DNA of 58,758 nucleotides from NCBI GenBank assembly GCA_964457785.1, contig CAYWEX010000005.1:1-58758 (forward strand). The letters are read 5' to 3'. The notes beneath the pieces were generated by a model that saw only the letters and a list, made by a program, of their open reading frames with translations, was not told where the DNA came from and searched no databases. Shown here piece by piece: positions 46,029 through 55,444 of the stretch. Position 1 is the stretch's first letter, and each line of letters starts with the position of its first letter. The translations under genes and the position numbers were made by a program. Source of the DNA: Candidatus Woesearchaeota archaeon. Lineage in GTDB: Archaea > Nanobdellota > Nanobdellia > SCGC-AAA011-G17 > JACPIM01.

Positions 46029-46425
46029 TAAAATTGAATTAGAAGATAATGAAACAATAGGTTATTTTGTTGGGAGAGCAACTTCAAGCAGAGGATTTGC
46101 TTATTTATTAGCTACTGCATTAAGTTTTACAACTGGGTTCTTAAGCAAGGGATGTGAAAGAAAAGAAAAAAGAGAATATGATACTGACAATACATCAATA
46201 GTATCAAAGGCAGTTGGAAATGAATTTTCAGGCGAGTTAGAAAGAACTTTCTTAAAAGTAAACAGGGGAGAATACTATATTCCGAGAACAGAAAATGGGA
46301 AACTTGAAAGTTTTTTACAAGCAGAGGAAATTATAACAGAATTAAAAAGTGGAAATCTAGTAATAAGAGGAACTCAATATAATTTAACTGCTGTTGGTAA
46401 AGGAGAGATTCATGTTAAGAAATGA
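46021..46425 (+). CDS. hypothetical membrane-anchored protein
   Basis: hydrophobic helix followed by GC; overlapping start/stop with neighbours. Confidence 0.65.
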   Translation: MIDKIELEDNETIGYFVGRATSSRGFAYLLATALSFTTGFLSKGCERKEKREYDTDNTSIVSKAVGNEFSGELERTFLKVNRGEYYIPRTENGKLESFLQAEEIITELKSGNLVIRGTQYNLTAVGKGEIHVKK

Positions 46426-46622
46426 CAGATAATTTTTTAGATAAACATCCAGTAATTACAATAATTAGTATTATTGGCGTAGTTACTGCTATGTTTAGTT
46501 TATTTGAGCTTGATAAATTTGAGCTTCTTGTTATTGCTTTTTTTACCTCTTTTATAGTAATGTTTATATATTTTGATAATCGCATATCTAAATTAGAAAA
46601 AAATGGAGAAAATTTAAAATGA
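46422..46622 (+). CDS. small two-TM protein
   Basis: ATGA coupling on both sides. Confidence 0.6.
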   Translation: MTDNFLDKHPVITIISIIGVVTAMFSLFELDKFELLVIAFFTSFIVMFIYFDNRISKLEKNGENLK

Positions 46623-46711
46623 TAGATCTAAAAAATATAACTCCTGTAACCTGGACTATTATAGCAATACTTCTTATTTTGCTGATTATCTTTTTAAGAA
46701 ATTATCCTTAA
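46619..46711 (+). CDS. 30-aa single-TM peptide (not in ORF track)
   Basis: MIDLKNITPVTWTIIAILLILLIIFLRNYP; ATGA overlap with the upstream stop. Confidence 0.5.
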   Translation: MIDLKNITPVTWTIIAILLILLIIFLRNYP

Positions 46712-46753
46712 ACAGGCGAAATATTTTTATATTGTAAACAGGATTTATTATTC

Positions 46754-47755
46754 ATGAAAAAGGGTGTTTTTTGGTTATTATTCTTAATTTTATTTAGTTT
46801 AAATGCGTTTGCAACTCATGATCCGAACGAGCTTCATGGAGCAAATATCTGCAATTTACAAGGATCTTGTGATCCTTCTGCAGATGGTTTTTGCTTTGGA
46901 GAATGCGGGAATAATAATGATGGAATTTGTCCTTCTGATTTTTTTCCAAATGATAAAAAATGTTATATAAGAGATGAAGACTGCTGTAACATAGCTATAG
47001 ACAGCAGTGAACTTCAATTGGGATGGAGTTCGGATGAAACTCAGTTTGTATCTCTTACAGAAGCTATTGAAGGAGAGAATATTTTTATTTTTGTTGAAAC
47101 TACTGACAAATGCATTGGAAAAGATGCTTATATTGATATTTATTTAATTGAACCAGGATTATTAAGAGATAGAGAACTAGAAACAAGAGACTTAAATCTT
47201 CCAGCTGGGGCTGGACCTTATAGAGTGCCTTTTTCAAAAATAGTTGCTATTCCATGGGTTGCTTATACTGATCCTGGTGTTGTCAATGATGGAATTTCTA
47301 AATTTAAATTTAGAGTAAGAATAAATCCAGTTGAGTTTTCCCCAATACTGGATGTTTTGACAAGTGAAGCTGCACAGGGAAATGTTAATATAAATTCCTG
47401 CAATGATTTAATAGATAATGATGCTGACGGATGTGCTGATGAAGATTTAGATTGCGATCCAGATGGAGTTGAGAGTACAGTAGATTCTACACAATGTCCA
47501 GAATATTCTGCTCTTTGTGCTAACTGGAAATGCAGTGTTGGTGACTGCCTGGAAGGGAAAAAAAGCGTTTCTTGTCCAGCTTTACCATGTGATGGTACTG
47601 GATTGAATTGCTGCAGATTAACTATACCACCAAAATTTGTAAAATGCTATGAAAAAACAGTGCCTTTTCCTTTTTATGACAACTTTAATTTAGTGTTGTC
47701 AATATTTTCCTTAATTGGATATTATGGAATAAAAATATTTAGGAAAAAGCGTTAA
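46754..47755 (+). CDS. secreted Cys-rich protein with C-terminal membrane anchor
   Basis: signal peptide, CNDLIDNDADGCAD motif, PF..TM..YY-KKR tail. Confidence 0.75.
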   Translation: MKKGVFWLLFLILFSLNAFATHDPNELHGANICNLQGSCDPSADGFCFGECGNNNDGICPSDFFPNDKKCYIRDEDCCNIAIDSSELQLGWSSDETQFVSLTEAIEGENIFIFVETTDKCIGKDAYIDIYLIEPGLLRDRELETRDLNLPAGAGPYRVPFSKIVAIPWVAYTDPGVVNDGISKFKFRVRINPVEFSPILDVLTSEAAQGNVNINSCNDLIDNDADGCADEDLDCDPDGVESTVDSTQCPEYSALCANWKCSVGDCLEGKKSVSCPALPCDGTGLNCCRLTIPPKFVKCYEKTVPFPFYDNFNLVLSIFSLIGYYGIKIFRKKR

Positions 47756-47797
47756 CGGAAAAAAATTATTTAGAAAAAAATATTAATTAATAAGTAT

Positions 47798-49477
47798 TTA
47801 AATTAATTTAGAAACATAAACACCATCTTTTTTATAACCCAACTTGTTTATATAATAATTTTTTACGCCAATTCCTGAAATTACCAATAATTTATTTATA
47901 TTATATTCTTCTTTTGCAATTTTTTCTGCTTCCTGCATTAATTTTATACCAAGACCTTTATGCTGAACATTATCATCTTTTTCGCCTATTTTAACTGCCT
48001 GACCATACACATGCAATTCTCTTATTCCAGCTGAAGTTTTTGTAATTTCCGACCTAAATGGTTTGTATGGAATTCTTAATCTTACAAATCCCAATAAAAT
48101 GTCATTTTTTTCATCTTCATATGACAAGAAAATTTCCTGGCCTTTAGATGCTTCATAATCTAGTCTTTTTAATTTAATGTTTTCCCAGGAAATTTTATTT
48201 AATTTTGGTTCACGACATCTAATGCAATTACATTTTATATTTCTTTTTTTAATTTCTTCATCTACATATTGCCTTAAATTAGTTTTTCTAACTCCAGCTT
48301 CGGACATAAAAGTAGGTATGTCCCTGTTAACTCTCATTATTCTGCAGTATTTTGGAATGTGCTTTTTTGCTTCACAGATAATATCAACTATCTGATCCAT
48401 TGTAAATACTTCATGTTTTCCTTCTTTCCACAGATTATATAACTCTGTTCCCTTAAATACCAGACAAGGATATATCTTTATTGAATCTGGCCTATAATCT
48501 GGATTATCAAATATTTCGTTTAATTCATATTTATCATTTTCAATTGTTGATCCTGGCAAGTTCAGCATATTATGATATGTTACTTTCAAGAAAGAATCTT
48601 TTAGCAATTGAGTTGCTTTTATTGAATCCTGGTTTGTATGGCCTCTTTTTATTAATTTATGAATTTCATCAGATAAAGTTTGTACACCTATTTCAACTCT
48701 AGTTGTTCCATAATCCAGCATTTCTGAAATATGATCTTCAAAAGAGTAATCAGGACGAGTTTCCAAGCACATTGCAACACACCTAGAAAAAGCTGTTTCA
48801 TTTCTTAACTGCTCTTTTTCCAAAGTTGTATCTTGTTTTAATATCTTTAATTTTTCCTTAATCCTTGATACTCTTTCATTATCTTTTATTGAAGCAGGAA
48901 GTTCAAAGAATTCTATGAATTTTTTAAAGTCAATTTCATTATTTTTTACAAACATTTCTGAGAAATCATTTAAGGCTTTCAAGCAAAATTTAATAAAATC
49001 TTTTTTGTATTTAGCATCAAAAAATAAGAAAGTTGAGCCCATTACTATGAATTCAACTTTTGTAATATCCTGATTTAACAAAACATAATGCTCTAATCTA
49101 TTAAATACCTGCAGATAGGGATCATAATCATTTCTAATTGCTCTTATAATTCCTGGAGAATTTCCTGGGTAAGACTTTGGAGTATTGCCAAAAACAGAAT
49201 TTATTCCACCAGGACAGTAAATGCACTTAGCTTGAGAAGGACAATTTGCCGGCTTGGACATTATGGAAACTGGAGTAACACCTGAATTTGTTCTTGTCGG
49301 CTTAGTTAAAAGTATTTTAAAATCCAGGTTTTTTATATTTGTTAATAAATCAATATTGCTAAAACCTTTATTTAACTTGTATTTTTTAGCTAAATCTGAT
49401 TTTAATTGCTCTAACTGTTTTTTGGTTTTTATTTTAGGCAGATTTGCCTGTATTTCCTGAATTAATTCTGAGTTCAT
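47798..49477 (-). CDS. elp3: Elp3 tRNA U34 carboxymethyltransferase (radical SAM + KAT)
   Basis: TRTNSGVTPV, C..CIYC, ETRPD, VEIGVQT, IKIYP, RELHVYG, QHKGLG..L. Confidence 0.96.
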   Translation of the reverse strand: MNSELIQEIQANLPKIKTKKQLEQLKSDLAKKYKLNKGFSNIDLLTNIKNLDFKILLTKPTRTNSGVTPVSIMSKPANCPSQAKCIYCPGGINSVFGNTPKSYPGNSPGIIRAIRNDYDPYLQVFNRLEHYVLLNQDITKVEFIVMGSTFLFFDAKYKKDFIKFCLKALNDFSEMFVKNNEIDFKKFIEFFELPASIKDNERVSRIKEKLKILKQDTTLEKEQLRNETAFSRCVAMCLETRPDYSFEDHISEMLDYGTTRVEIGVQTLSDEIHKLIKRGHTNQDSIKATQLLKDSFLKVTYHNMLNLPGSTIENDKYELNEIFDNPDYRPDSIKIYPCLVFKGTELYNLWKEGKHEVFTMDQIVDIICEAKKHIPKYCRIMRVNRDIPTFMSEAGVRKTNLRQYVDEEIKKRNIKCNCIRCREPKLNKISWENIKLKRLDYEASKGQEIFLSYEDEKNDILLGFVRLRIPYKPFRSEITKTSAGIRELHVYGQAVKIGEKDDNVQHKGLGIKLMQEAEKIAKEEYNINKLLVISGIGVKNYYINKLGYKKDGVYVSKLI

Positions 49478-49515
49478 AATAGAAATTTATTAATTGGTAT
49501 TTTTAATAGTTTCTT

Positions 49516-49866
49516 TTAGGAAGAACTATAAGAAGGTAATTTGGGAAGACTTTTAGCTAAAATTGGGGATTGTTTTTCTAAATTTTGTAATAAAAGAGAA
49601 TATATATCATCGGATAAATTTAATTTAAATTCGATTTCATAATTTCCTTCATGTGTTTTTCCCTTGCCTACTAATTTGGCGGCTTCTTTTATTGTACCCT
49701 GACTATAAATTAATATAATTCCTGATTTTGGTTCCCATTTATCACCAACTAATTCTTCTGTAGTTGAATCAAAATGTTCCTCATTTTTTAGAATCTTATT
49801 TAATACTTTCTCTAATACATCAATTTCTCTTCTAGGAATGTCTTTTAACTTTCTCTCAATTTGCAT
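49516..49866 (-). CDS. hypothetical protein
   Basis: 116-aa ORF. Confidence 0.6.
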   Translation of the reverse strand: MQIERKLKDIPRREIDVLEKVLNKILKNEEHFDSTTEELVGDKWEPKSGIILIYSQGTIKEAAKLVGKGKTHEGNYEIEFKLNLSDDIYSLLLQNLEKQSPILAKSLPKLPSYSSS

Positions 49867-49897
49867 TTTAATTATTAAGATATTAAGCTATAAATAC

Positions 49898-50293
49898 TTA
49901 TTCTTTAATTAGAAAGCTTAAAGGATCATTTAAAAAGCTTGTGAAAGTCGTCTCTTCTTTTAAATTCATGTTAATTATTTTATCTTCTTTTTTAGAAACT
50001 CTTAAAGTATTAACTTCAGAGAAAGCTAGATTATAAATGGTAAAAATTTTTTGTTGATTGTTTTCAATATATTTCTTATGAAAATCTAATTGTTTTTTAG
50101 CTTTTCTTTCTTTTTTTCCAGTTTTTATCTCAAAAATAAATAATTTAAAGCCAATTAAAATTAAAAGATCTACCTGATATTCCTGCGGCTTGCCTTTTAT
50201 CCGATAAGTAAAATTCTTTTCTGCTGTTATTTTAGTTTTTTGCTTAAAAGAACTTATAATTTCTTCAATTATTTTATCATGTTCTTCTTCCAT
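49898..50293 (-). CDS. PD-(D/E)XK nuclease-fold protein
   Basis: QVDLLIL..IFEIKTG, A.KQL. Confidence 0.65.
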   Translation of the reverse strand: MEEEHDKIIEEIISSFKQKTKITAEKNFTYRIKGKPQEYQVDLLILIGFKLFIFEIKTGKKERKAKKQLDFHKKYIENNQQKIFTIYNLAFSEVNTLRVSKKEDKIINMNLKEETTFTSFLNDPLSFLIKE

Positions 50294-50372
50294 AAAAGCT
50301 TCTAGAATTTTGTTCTTTTAATAGTTTCTTTTACAATAAAGCTTAAATATTGATTTTTTCTAAAAAGGTGGA

Positions 50373-50819
50373 ATGCTTAAGGAAGGAGATTTTGCACCAA
50401 ACTTTTTTTTGAAATGCACACAAGGAAATTACCATAGTTTAAACAGCTTTCTGGGGAAAAAAGTTATATTATATTTTTATCCAAAAGATGATACTCCTTT
50501 CTGCACAAAAGAGGCGTGTGGTTTTAGAGATGATTACAAGGAAATAAGAAGAAAAAATGCAGTTATCATAGGAATTAGTGCTGACAGCATTAGCAGCCAC
50601 ATAAATTTTAAAGAAAGGCACAAACTGCCATTTATGCTACTTTCTGACTCTGAATATAATACTGCCAAGAGATATAATGCTCTGAAAAGATTTCTTGGTT
50701 TTAATTTAAAGAAAATAAGAAGATGCACCTTTATTATTGATGAGCAAGGGAAAATAATAAAAACATTTTCTGATGTAAATGTTGATTCACACAGCAAAGA
50801 AATTTTAAATTTATTATAA
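50373..50819 (+). CDS. bcp: peroxiredoxin, BCP/PrxQ family
   Basis: FYPKDDTPFCTKEACGFRD, RCTFIID. Confidence 0.95.
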   Translation: MLKEGDFAPNFFLKCTQGNYHSLNSFLGKKVILYFYPKDDTPFCTKEACGFRDDYKEIRRKNAVIIGISADSISSHINFKERHKLPFMLLSDSEYNTAKRYNALKRFLGFNLKKIRRCTFIIDEQGKIIKTFSDVNVDSHSKEILNLL

Positions 50820-50856
50820 AGAGAAGATTTATATTAATTGATATACAGATAAAATT

Positions 50857-51171
50857 ATGAATATATTATTTATCTGCAACCAAAATAAGCACAGAAGCAA
50901 GACAGCAGAATTCTTATTTAAAGATAAATTTAATACCAAGTCTGCAGGATTATTTAATGATAATCCTGTTTCAGAAAAACAAGCTGAATGGGCTGATAGG
51001 ATAATTGTTATGGAAGAATTTCAAAGAGATGAGATGATAAAAAGATTCCCCAATATTTATTTTAAGAAACAAATTATATCTCTAAATATCCCTGATGCTT
51101 ATCAATATAATCAACCGGAACTAATAGATTTATTAAAAATTAAAATCAAAGATCAATTCAGCCATTCGTAA
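50857..51171 (+). CDS. low-molecular-weight protein-tyrosine-phosphatase-like protein
   Basis: LFICNQNKHRSKTAE, SAG, WADRIIVM, IPD.Y. Confidence 0.88.
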   Translation: MNILFICNQNKHRSKTAEFLFKDKFNTKSAGLFNDNPVSEKQAEWADRIIVMEEFQRDEMIKRFPNIYFKKQIISLNIPDAYQYNQPELIDLLKIKIKDQFSHS

Positions 51172-51329
51172 AATTGCTTTTCGGCTTCTTCTTTTGAATT
51201 AAAAATTCTTGTTTCAGAAACAGATAATTCTGGAATCCTTCTTGTTACTTTGAAAAAACTTTTCTCTTTTTTATTATATTCATAAATAGAAACAATCCAT
51301 TTTTTAGTCCTGTGCCGTTCTATTTTCAT
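51153..51329 (-). CDS. small hypothetical protein (58 aa, not in ORF track)
   Basis: manual translation MKIERHRTKKWIVSIYE...FNSKEEAEKQFYEWLN. Confidence 0.55.
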   Translation of the reverse strand: MKIERHRTKKWIVSIYEYNKKEKSFFKVTRRIPELSVSETRIFNSKEEAEKQFYEWLN

Positions 51330-51394
51330 TTACTTAGTTAATAGAAATTTGTATAAAATTATTTATTTTAACTTTAAAGTAGTTTGGAGCTATT

Positions 51395-51472
51395 TTCGGA
51401 AGATTTCCGGATTAGCCGGAAAGTTTACGGATTTACCGGAAGATTTACGGAATTGAATTTATGTGCAAAGCC
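51395..51472 (-). mobile_element. solo left end of the tnpB TIR element family
   Basis: 51453-51472 is the exact reverse complement of 9879-9898; preceded by three tandem 20-nt CCGGAA..TTT(A/C)CGGA units. Confidence 0.8.
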
Positions 51473-51519
51473 TTTGTTATAGCAAGGTTTATATATTTTC
51501 AGATAGAATTTTATAATTA

Positions 51520-51951
51520 ATGAAGCTAAAAAAGATAGTGGCTCCTGTAAAGTTGTGGAAAAGGGTGGCTGCTTATTTTATTGACGTTATCATTGTAAAC
51601 TTAATTATAGTTTATCCTTTCAAGGATTTTTTTGGGAATTTTGAAGAAGACTTATTTTTTAAAGAATTTAGTTCTGAAATACTTATGGCTTTTTTAATAA
51701 TCAGTTTATTAACTATTTTATATTGGGCTGTATTGGAGTATTTTTTAAAACAAAGTGTCGGAAAATCTCTAATGAATATTTATGTTAGAAGCACTGAGAA
51801 TGAACTAAATTTCTGGCCATGCGTATTAAGAAATTTATCAAAAGTTTCTACTTTACTGCTTTTAATTGATTCATTGGGAATTATATTTAAAAAAGACTAC
51901 CAGAGGTTTTTGGAAAGATTAAGCAAGACAGAGGTTGTTGACGGTGAATAA
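51520..51951 (+). CDS. RDD family membrane protein
   Basis: WKRVAAYFID, QSVGK, RNL. Confidence 0.88.
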   Translation: MKLKKIVAPVKLWKRVAAYFIDVIIVNLIIVYPFKDFFGNFEEDLFFKEFSSEILMAFLIISLLTILYWAVLEYFLKQSVGKSLMNIYVRSTENELNFWPCVLRNLSKVSTLLLLIDSLGIIFKKDYQRFLERLSKTEVVDGE

Positions 51952-52831
51952 AAATTTAAAGATGCTATTAATAGTCGGGTTATTTTTTTTAATTAGTTTA
52001 TTATTGTCTCAAAATTTCAATACAATTGATTTTTCTGACAAAGTTGTTTTTATTCCTTTAAAAGGCACTATTGTCTCAAGCAGCAGCGATGGATTTTTTG
52101 ATGAGCAACAAGTTACATCAAGCGGAGCTATCAAATATTTAGACAGGGCAAAAAATGACAACACGATAAAAGCAATTATTCTAGAAATTAACAGCCCTGG
52201 CGGAGAAGTCCTGGCAAGCAGAGAAATTGTTGAAGCTGTAAAGAAAATAGACAAACCAGTTGTTGCATGGATAAGAGATACAGGTGCTTCAGGAGCTTAC
52301 TGGGTTGCTTCTGCTTCTGATGCTATTGTTGCTGATGAGTTAAGTGTTACTGGAAGCATTGGTGTATTAGGATCTTATTTGCAATATGAAAAATTGATGG
52401 ACAAATATGGAGTAAAATATGAGAGACTAATTGGCGGAAGGTACAAGGATTTAGGAAGCTCTTACAAATCACTAAGTGCTGAAGAAAGAGCAATTTTACA
52501 GAAAAAAATTGATGCTATCCACAAAATATTCAGTGATGATGTAAGCAAAAACAGAAAAAAAGATTTAAGCAAATATGCTACTGGAGAATTTTTCCTGGGA
52601 TTTGAAGCAAAAGAAATTGGGTTAGTTGATTATCTGGGTGGAAAGGAAATGGCCATAAATGCAACAAAAAAATTAACTGGCTTGGAAAAACTAAGAATAG
52701 TAACTTTTAAAGAGAAAAAAAGTTTTTTCAGTTCTTTAGACAAATATTTTACAAAATACAGCTATTTTATTGGAAAGGGAATTTCTGAGGGGTTTTTAGT
52801 TAGAAGTGAAGAATTTGAAATTATTTCTTAA
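51935..52831 (+). CDS. sppA: signal peptide peptidase SppA (S49)
   Basis: INSPGG, ASGAYWVA, TGSIGV, YK, GLVD.LG. Confidence 0.93.
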   Translation: MLTVNKNLKMLLIVGLFFLISLLLSQNFNTIDFSDKVVFIPLKGTIVSSSSDGFFDEQQVTSSGAIKYLDRAKNDNTIKAIILEINSPGGEVLASREIVEAVKKIDKPVVAWIRDTGASGAYWVASASDAIVADELSVTGSIGVLGSYLQYEKLMDKYGVKYERLIGGRYKDLGSSYKSLSAEERAILQKKIDAIHKIFSDDVSKNRKKDLSKYATGEFFLGFEAKEIGLVDYLGGKEMAINATKKLTGLEKLRIVTFKEKKSFFSSLDKYFTKYSYFIGKGISEGFLVRSEEFEIIS

Positions 52832-52872
52832 AAACAATAATCTTTTTATAGAGATTTTTTATATTTTTTATT

Positions 52873-53403
52873 ATGGTTAATTTAACTTGGAATAAATCCA
52901 GTGAAGCTGAACTGGAAAAAGCCTATAGGTCAACTGACAATATAGGGGATAAAACTCCGTATTATGGCACTCCAATAGTTTACCGAGGAAATACTGGTTT
53001 ATTTAGCGGTGATGACGGGGTATTAAACTGGTTATTTGGAAACAGATATTTATTTTTAGTTATAGAAACTAAAAGAGAGAAAATGGGGGCTGGAGGCATT
53101 CATTATATTGGCTGCAAGCAAAATGTTTTTTCTTTCAGGTCCTCAAGACAAAACTATAATAGATCTGACGTAATCAGGGATTTTAATTTAATGCTTGAAT
53201 TAATTGGTGTGGGAAGAACAGAATTTTTCGAGTCTTTAGAAAATATTTTTGAGAAAGAGAGTACAGAACAAAAAACTTTAGAAAGTTTAATCAACATGTT
53301 AAATCCTAATGACTTTGGCAAAGCAGAAAAGGAATTAGCTAAACGACACAAAGAGGCATTAGCAGAAAAAACAAATAAAGATAAAAAAGAAATAACTGAA
53401 TAA
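52873..53403 (+). CDS. hypothetical protein
   Basis: 176-aa ORF. Confidence 0.65.
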   Translation: MVNLTWNKSSEAELEKAYRSTDNIGDKTPYYGTPIVYRGNTGLFSGDDGVLNWLFGNRYLFLVIETKREKMGAGGIHYIGCKQNVFSFRSSRQNYNRSDVIRDFNLMLELIGVGRTEFFESLENIFEKESTEQKTLESLINMLNPNDFGKAEKELAKRHKEALAEKTNKDKKEITE

Positions 53404-53437
53404 AGCTTTTTTCTAAAAAGCTTTACCAAAAAGGAGA
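53401..53437. repeat. palindromic repeat module overlapping a stop codon
   Basis: TAAAGCTTTTT..AAAAAGCTTTACCAAAAA. Confidence 0.75.
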
Positions 53438-53450
53438 AATTGTAAAAAAC

Positions 53451-53575
53451 TGGGCCCGATCAGATTTGAACTGACGACCTTTGGCTTTCTTAGATATGTA
53501 TGTTAGAGTGCCATATAAGACTTGCACAACTTCAATTGAAGTTACAATGCTCTAACCAGGCTAAGCTACGGGCCC
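53451..53575 (-). tRNA. tRNA-Ile(UAU) with two BHB introns (29/30 and 37/38)
   Basis: exons 53575-53545, 53521-53514, 53486-53451 give a 75-nt cloverleaf with anticodon TAT and A73; both introns form BHB motifs. Confidence 0.88.
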
Positions 53576-53647
53576 AAAGTTTTTGGAAAAGTTTAATCAA
53601 ACTAGACCAAAAGATATTAAGAAATGATTTTGGATTGTTTATAAAGT

Positions 53648-54232
53648 TTATTCTAGTTTTTCGGGCTTGTTTTCAGCATTATTCTCTGGTTTGTTTTCTA
53701 TTACTTTTTCTGTCTCTTCTGCCTTTTTTCTTAATAACAAAAATAAAAGGGCAAAAACAACAACAAAAGCTATAAACAAGTACATTAGATTTTTAAGAAA
53801 GTTATCTTTTTCAAACTGGCTTTTTGGAAATACCACAAGATTTTTGTCTGGGCCTATTGGAAGCTGGAATAAAACTGATACTGCAGAACTATTTGAATTC
53901 TTATATATAACATTTAAGTCTGGATTTCCATCTTTTTCAACATCTAATTTAAGAAATTTTTTCGAATTTAAATTAGTATAAACTGGAACTTTTTGAGAAA
54001 TATTTTTATCTTCTATACTTGTAAATACAGCAATATCAACACTATCTAATTTTATTTTTTTTATTAATATTGTGTGCAAAGAATCTTTTAAATTAAATTG
54101 AACTCTGTCTCCATCTTTTAAGCCAACCAAGTAAGCTGGATTTTCCTTAAAATCCAGAGTATATGTTTCTCCAGCACCAGCTATATTAATTAACAACAGA
54201 AAAATCAAAAATAATACAATTCTCTTTTTCAT
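53648..54232 (-). CDS. secreted protein with C-terminal TM anchor
   Basis: N-terminal signal peptide, C-terminal TM helix and charged tail. Confidence 0.75.
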   Translation of the reverse strand: MKKRIVLFLIFLLLINIAGAGETYTLDFKENPAYLVGLKDGDRVQFNLKDSLHTILIKKIKLDSVDIAVFTSIEDKNISQKVPVYTNLNSKKFLKLDVEKDGNPDLNVIYKNSNSSAVSVLFQLPIGPDKNLVVFPKSQFEKDNFLKNLMYLFIAFVVVFALLFLLLRKKAEETEKVIENKPENNAENKPEKLE

Positions 54233-54275
54233 GGAATTATTTTATGTTAAAAAGCATTATATTAAGTTTTTGGTT

Positions 54276-55316
54276 TTATTTCTTAAATATTATCTGGGCT
54301 TCTTTCTTTTCTATTAAATAAAATTCAAAGAAAACAGTTAAGATTGCCAGACTTAGGGGCCCTATTACAATCCCTATCAGCCCAAATATTTGAAGACCAC
54401 CCAATATACCCAACAAAGCAAGAACTGGATGCATTTTTGATTTCTTACCCATTAACATGGGCTTCATTATATTATCAATTGAACTTATTACTAAAATTCC
54501 ATAAATTATCAAACCCACACCATTAAAATTTTCACCAGCTATAATCTTAAAAATTGCAACAGGCAACCATATCAAAGCAGAACCAACGAAAGGAAGCAAA
54601 GCAGCTAAAAAAATCAAAAAAGCCAAAAATAAGGGTGAGCTAACCTTGAAAATATAAAATCCTATCAAAGCAAATAGGGTCTGTAAAAAAGCAGCACCTA
54701 AAACACCATAGACTGTTGCATAAACTGTTTCACTAAATTTTTTAATTAAATCCTGCTTATATTTCTCCCTTAACGGAAGTTCTTTTTTTATTCTTTCTAC
54801 AACTTCTTTTCCATCTTTAAACAAATAGAAGATTAGAAAGAACATAACAAAAAAATTAATTACTTTTGAAGGAAGAGCAATAATGAAATTATCTGTCCCC
54901 TGAAGAATTTCTATAGATAATTTACTTAAAGCATTTTTTATATAATTTGTTATATCTACATTTTCACTCAAATATTTGAAGACAAAGGTATTTGTAAGGT
55001 CTATAACCCCTGTATTAAGATCCCTAATCAAATAAAACAAACCTGCAGATTCCCTAATTAATGAATTTGCCAAAATGATTATTGGTATTGTTAATAAAAT
55101 TAGAATTAACAAGGACATTAAAAAAGAAGCCAGGTTTTTATTTTTTGTAAATATTAATAATCTATCATAAATTGGGTAAAATATATAGGCAATTACAATG
55201 CTGCCTAAAATTGTAGTAAAAAATGGCCAAACAATTACAAGAGATATTAGAACTAGAAGTACAAAAGAAGCAATAAAGAAATACTTAGAGTGGCCTTTTA
55301 TCTCTATTTTTTCCAT
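54276..55316 (-). CDS. AI-2E (PerM) family transporter
   Basis: AYIFYP, FYLFKDG, LPFVG..LIWLP, IDN.MKP, G.LGG..FG.IG..GP. Confidence 0.92.
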   Translation of the reverse strand: MEKIEIKGHSKYFFIASFVLLVLISLVIVWPFFTTILGSIVIAYIFYPIYDRLLIFTKNKNLASFLMSLLILILLTIPIIILANSLIRESAGLFYLIRDLNTGVIDLTNTFVFKYLSENVDITNYIKNALSKLSIEILQGTDNFIIALPSKVINFFVMFFLIFYLFKDGKEVVERIKKELPLREKYKQDLIKKFSETVYATVYGVLGAAFLQTLFALIGFYIFKVSSPLFLAFLIFLAALLPFVGSALIWLPVAIFKIIAGENFNGVGLIIYGILVISSIDNIMKPMLMGKKSKMHPVLALLGILGGLQIFGLIGIVIGPLSLAILTVFFEFYLIEKKEAQIIFKK

Positions 55317-55444
55317 TAAAATCTAATTTATTAAAAGTCAATTTTATTTATAAATTTTCGTATAGGTTTAAAAAAATGTAGTATCTGGTTATTTTTGCAT
55401 ACCACATAGAAAATATTTATAAATGGTAGAAATACAATAATTGT

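Noticed and set aside
51395-51454. Mini CRISPR array
   Set aside because: The 20-nt units are directly tandem with no unique spacers.
53487-53513. CAT anticodon reading (Met/Ile2) from ACATAC inside the tRNA insert
   Set aside because: Only the TAT reading gives two valid BHB motifs and a paired anticodon stem.
53500-53775. 91-aa ORF on the + strand
   Set aside because: It overlaps the tRNA-Ile gene and the 53648-54232 CDS on the opposite strand; a shadow ORF.
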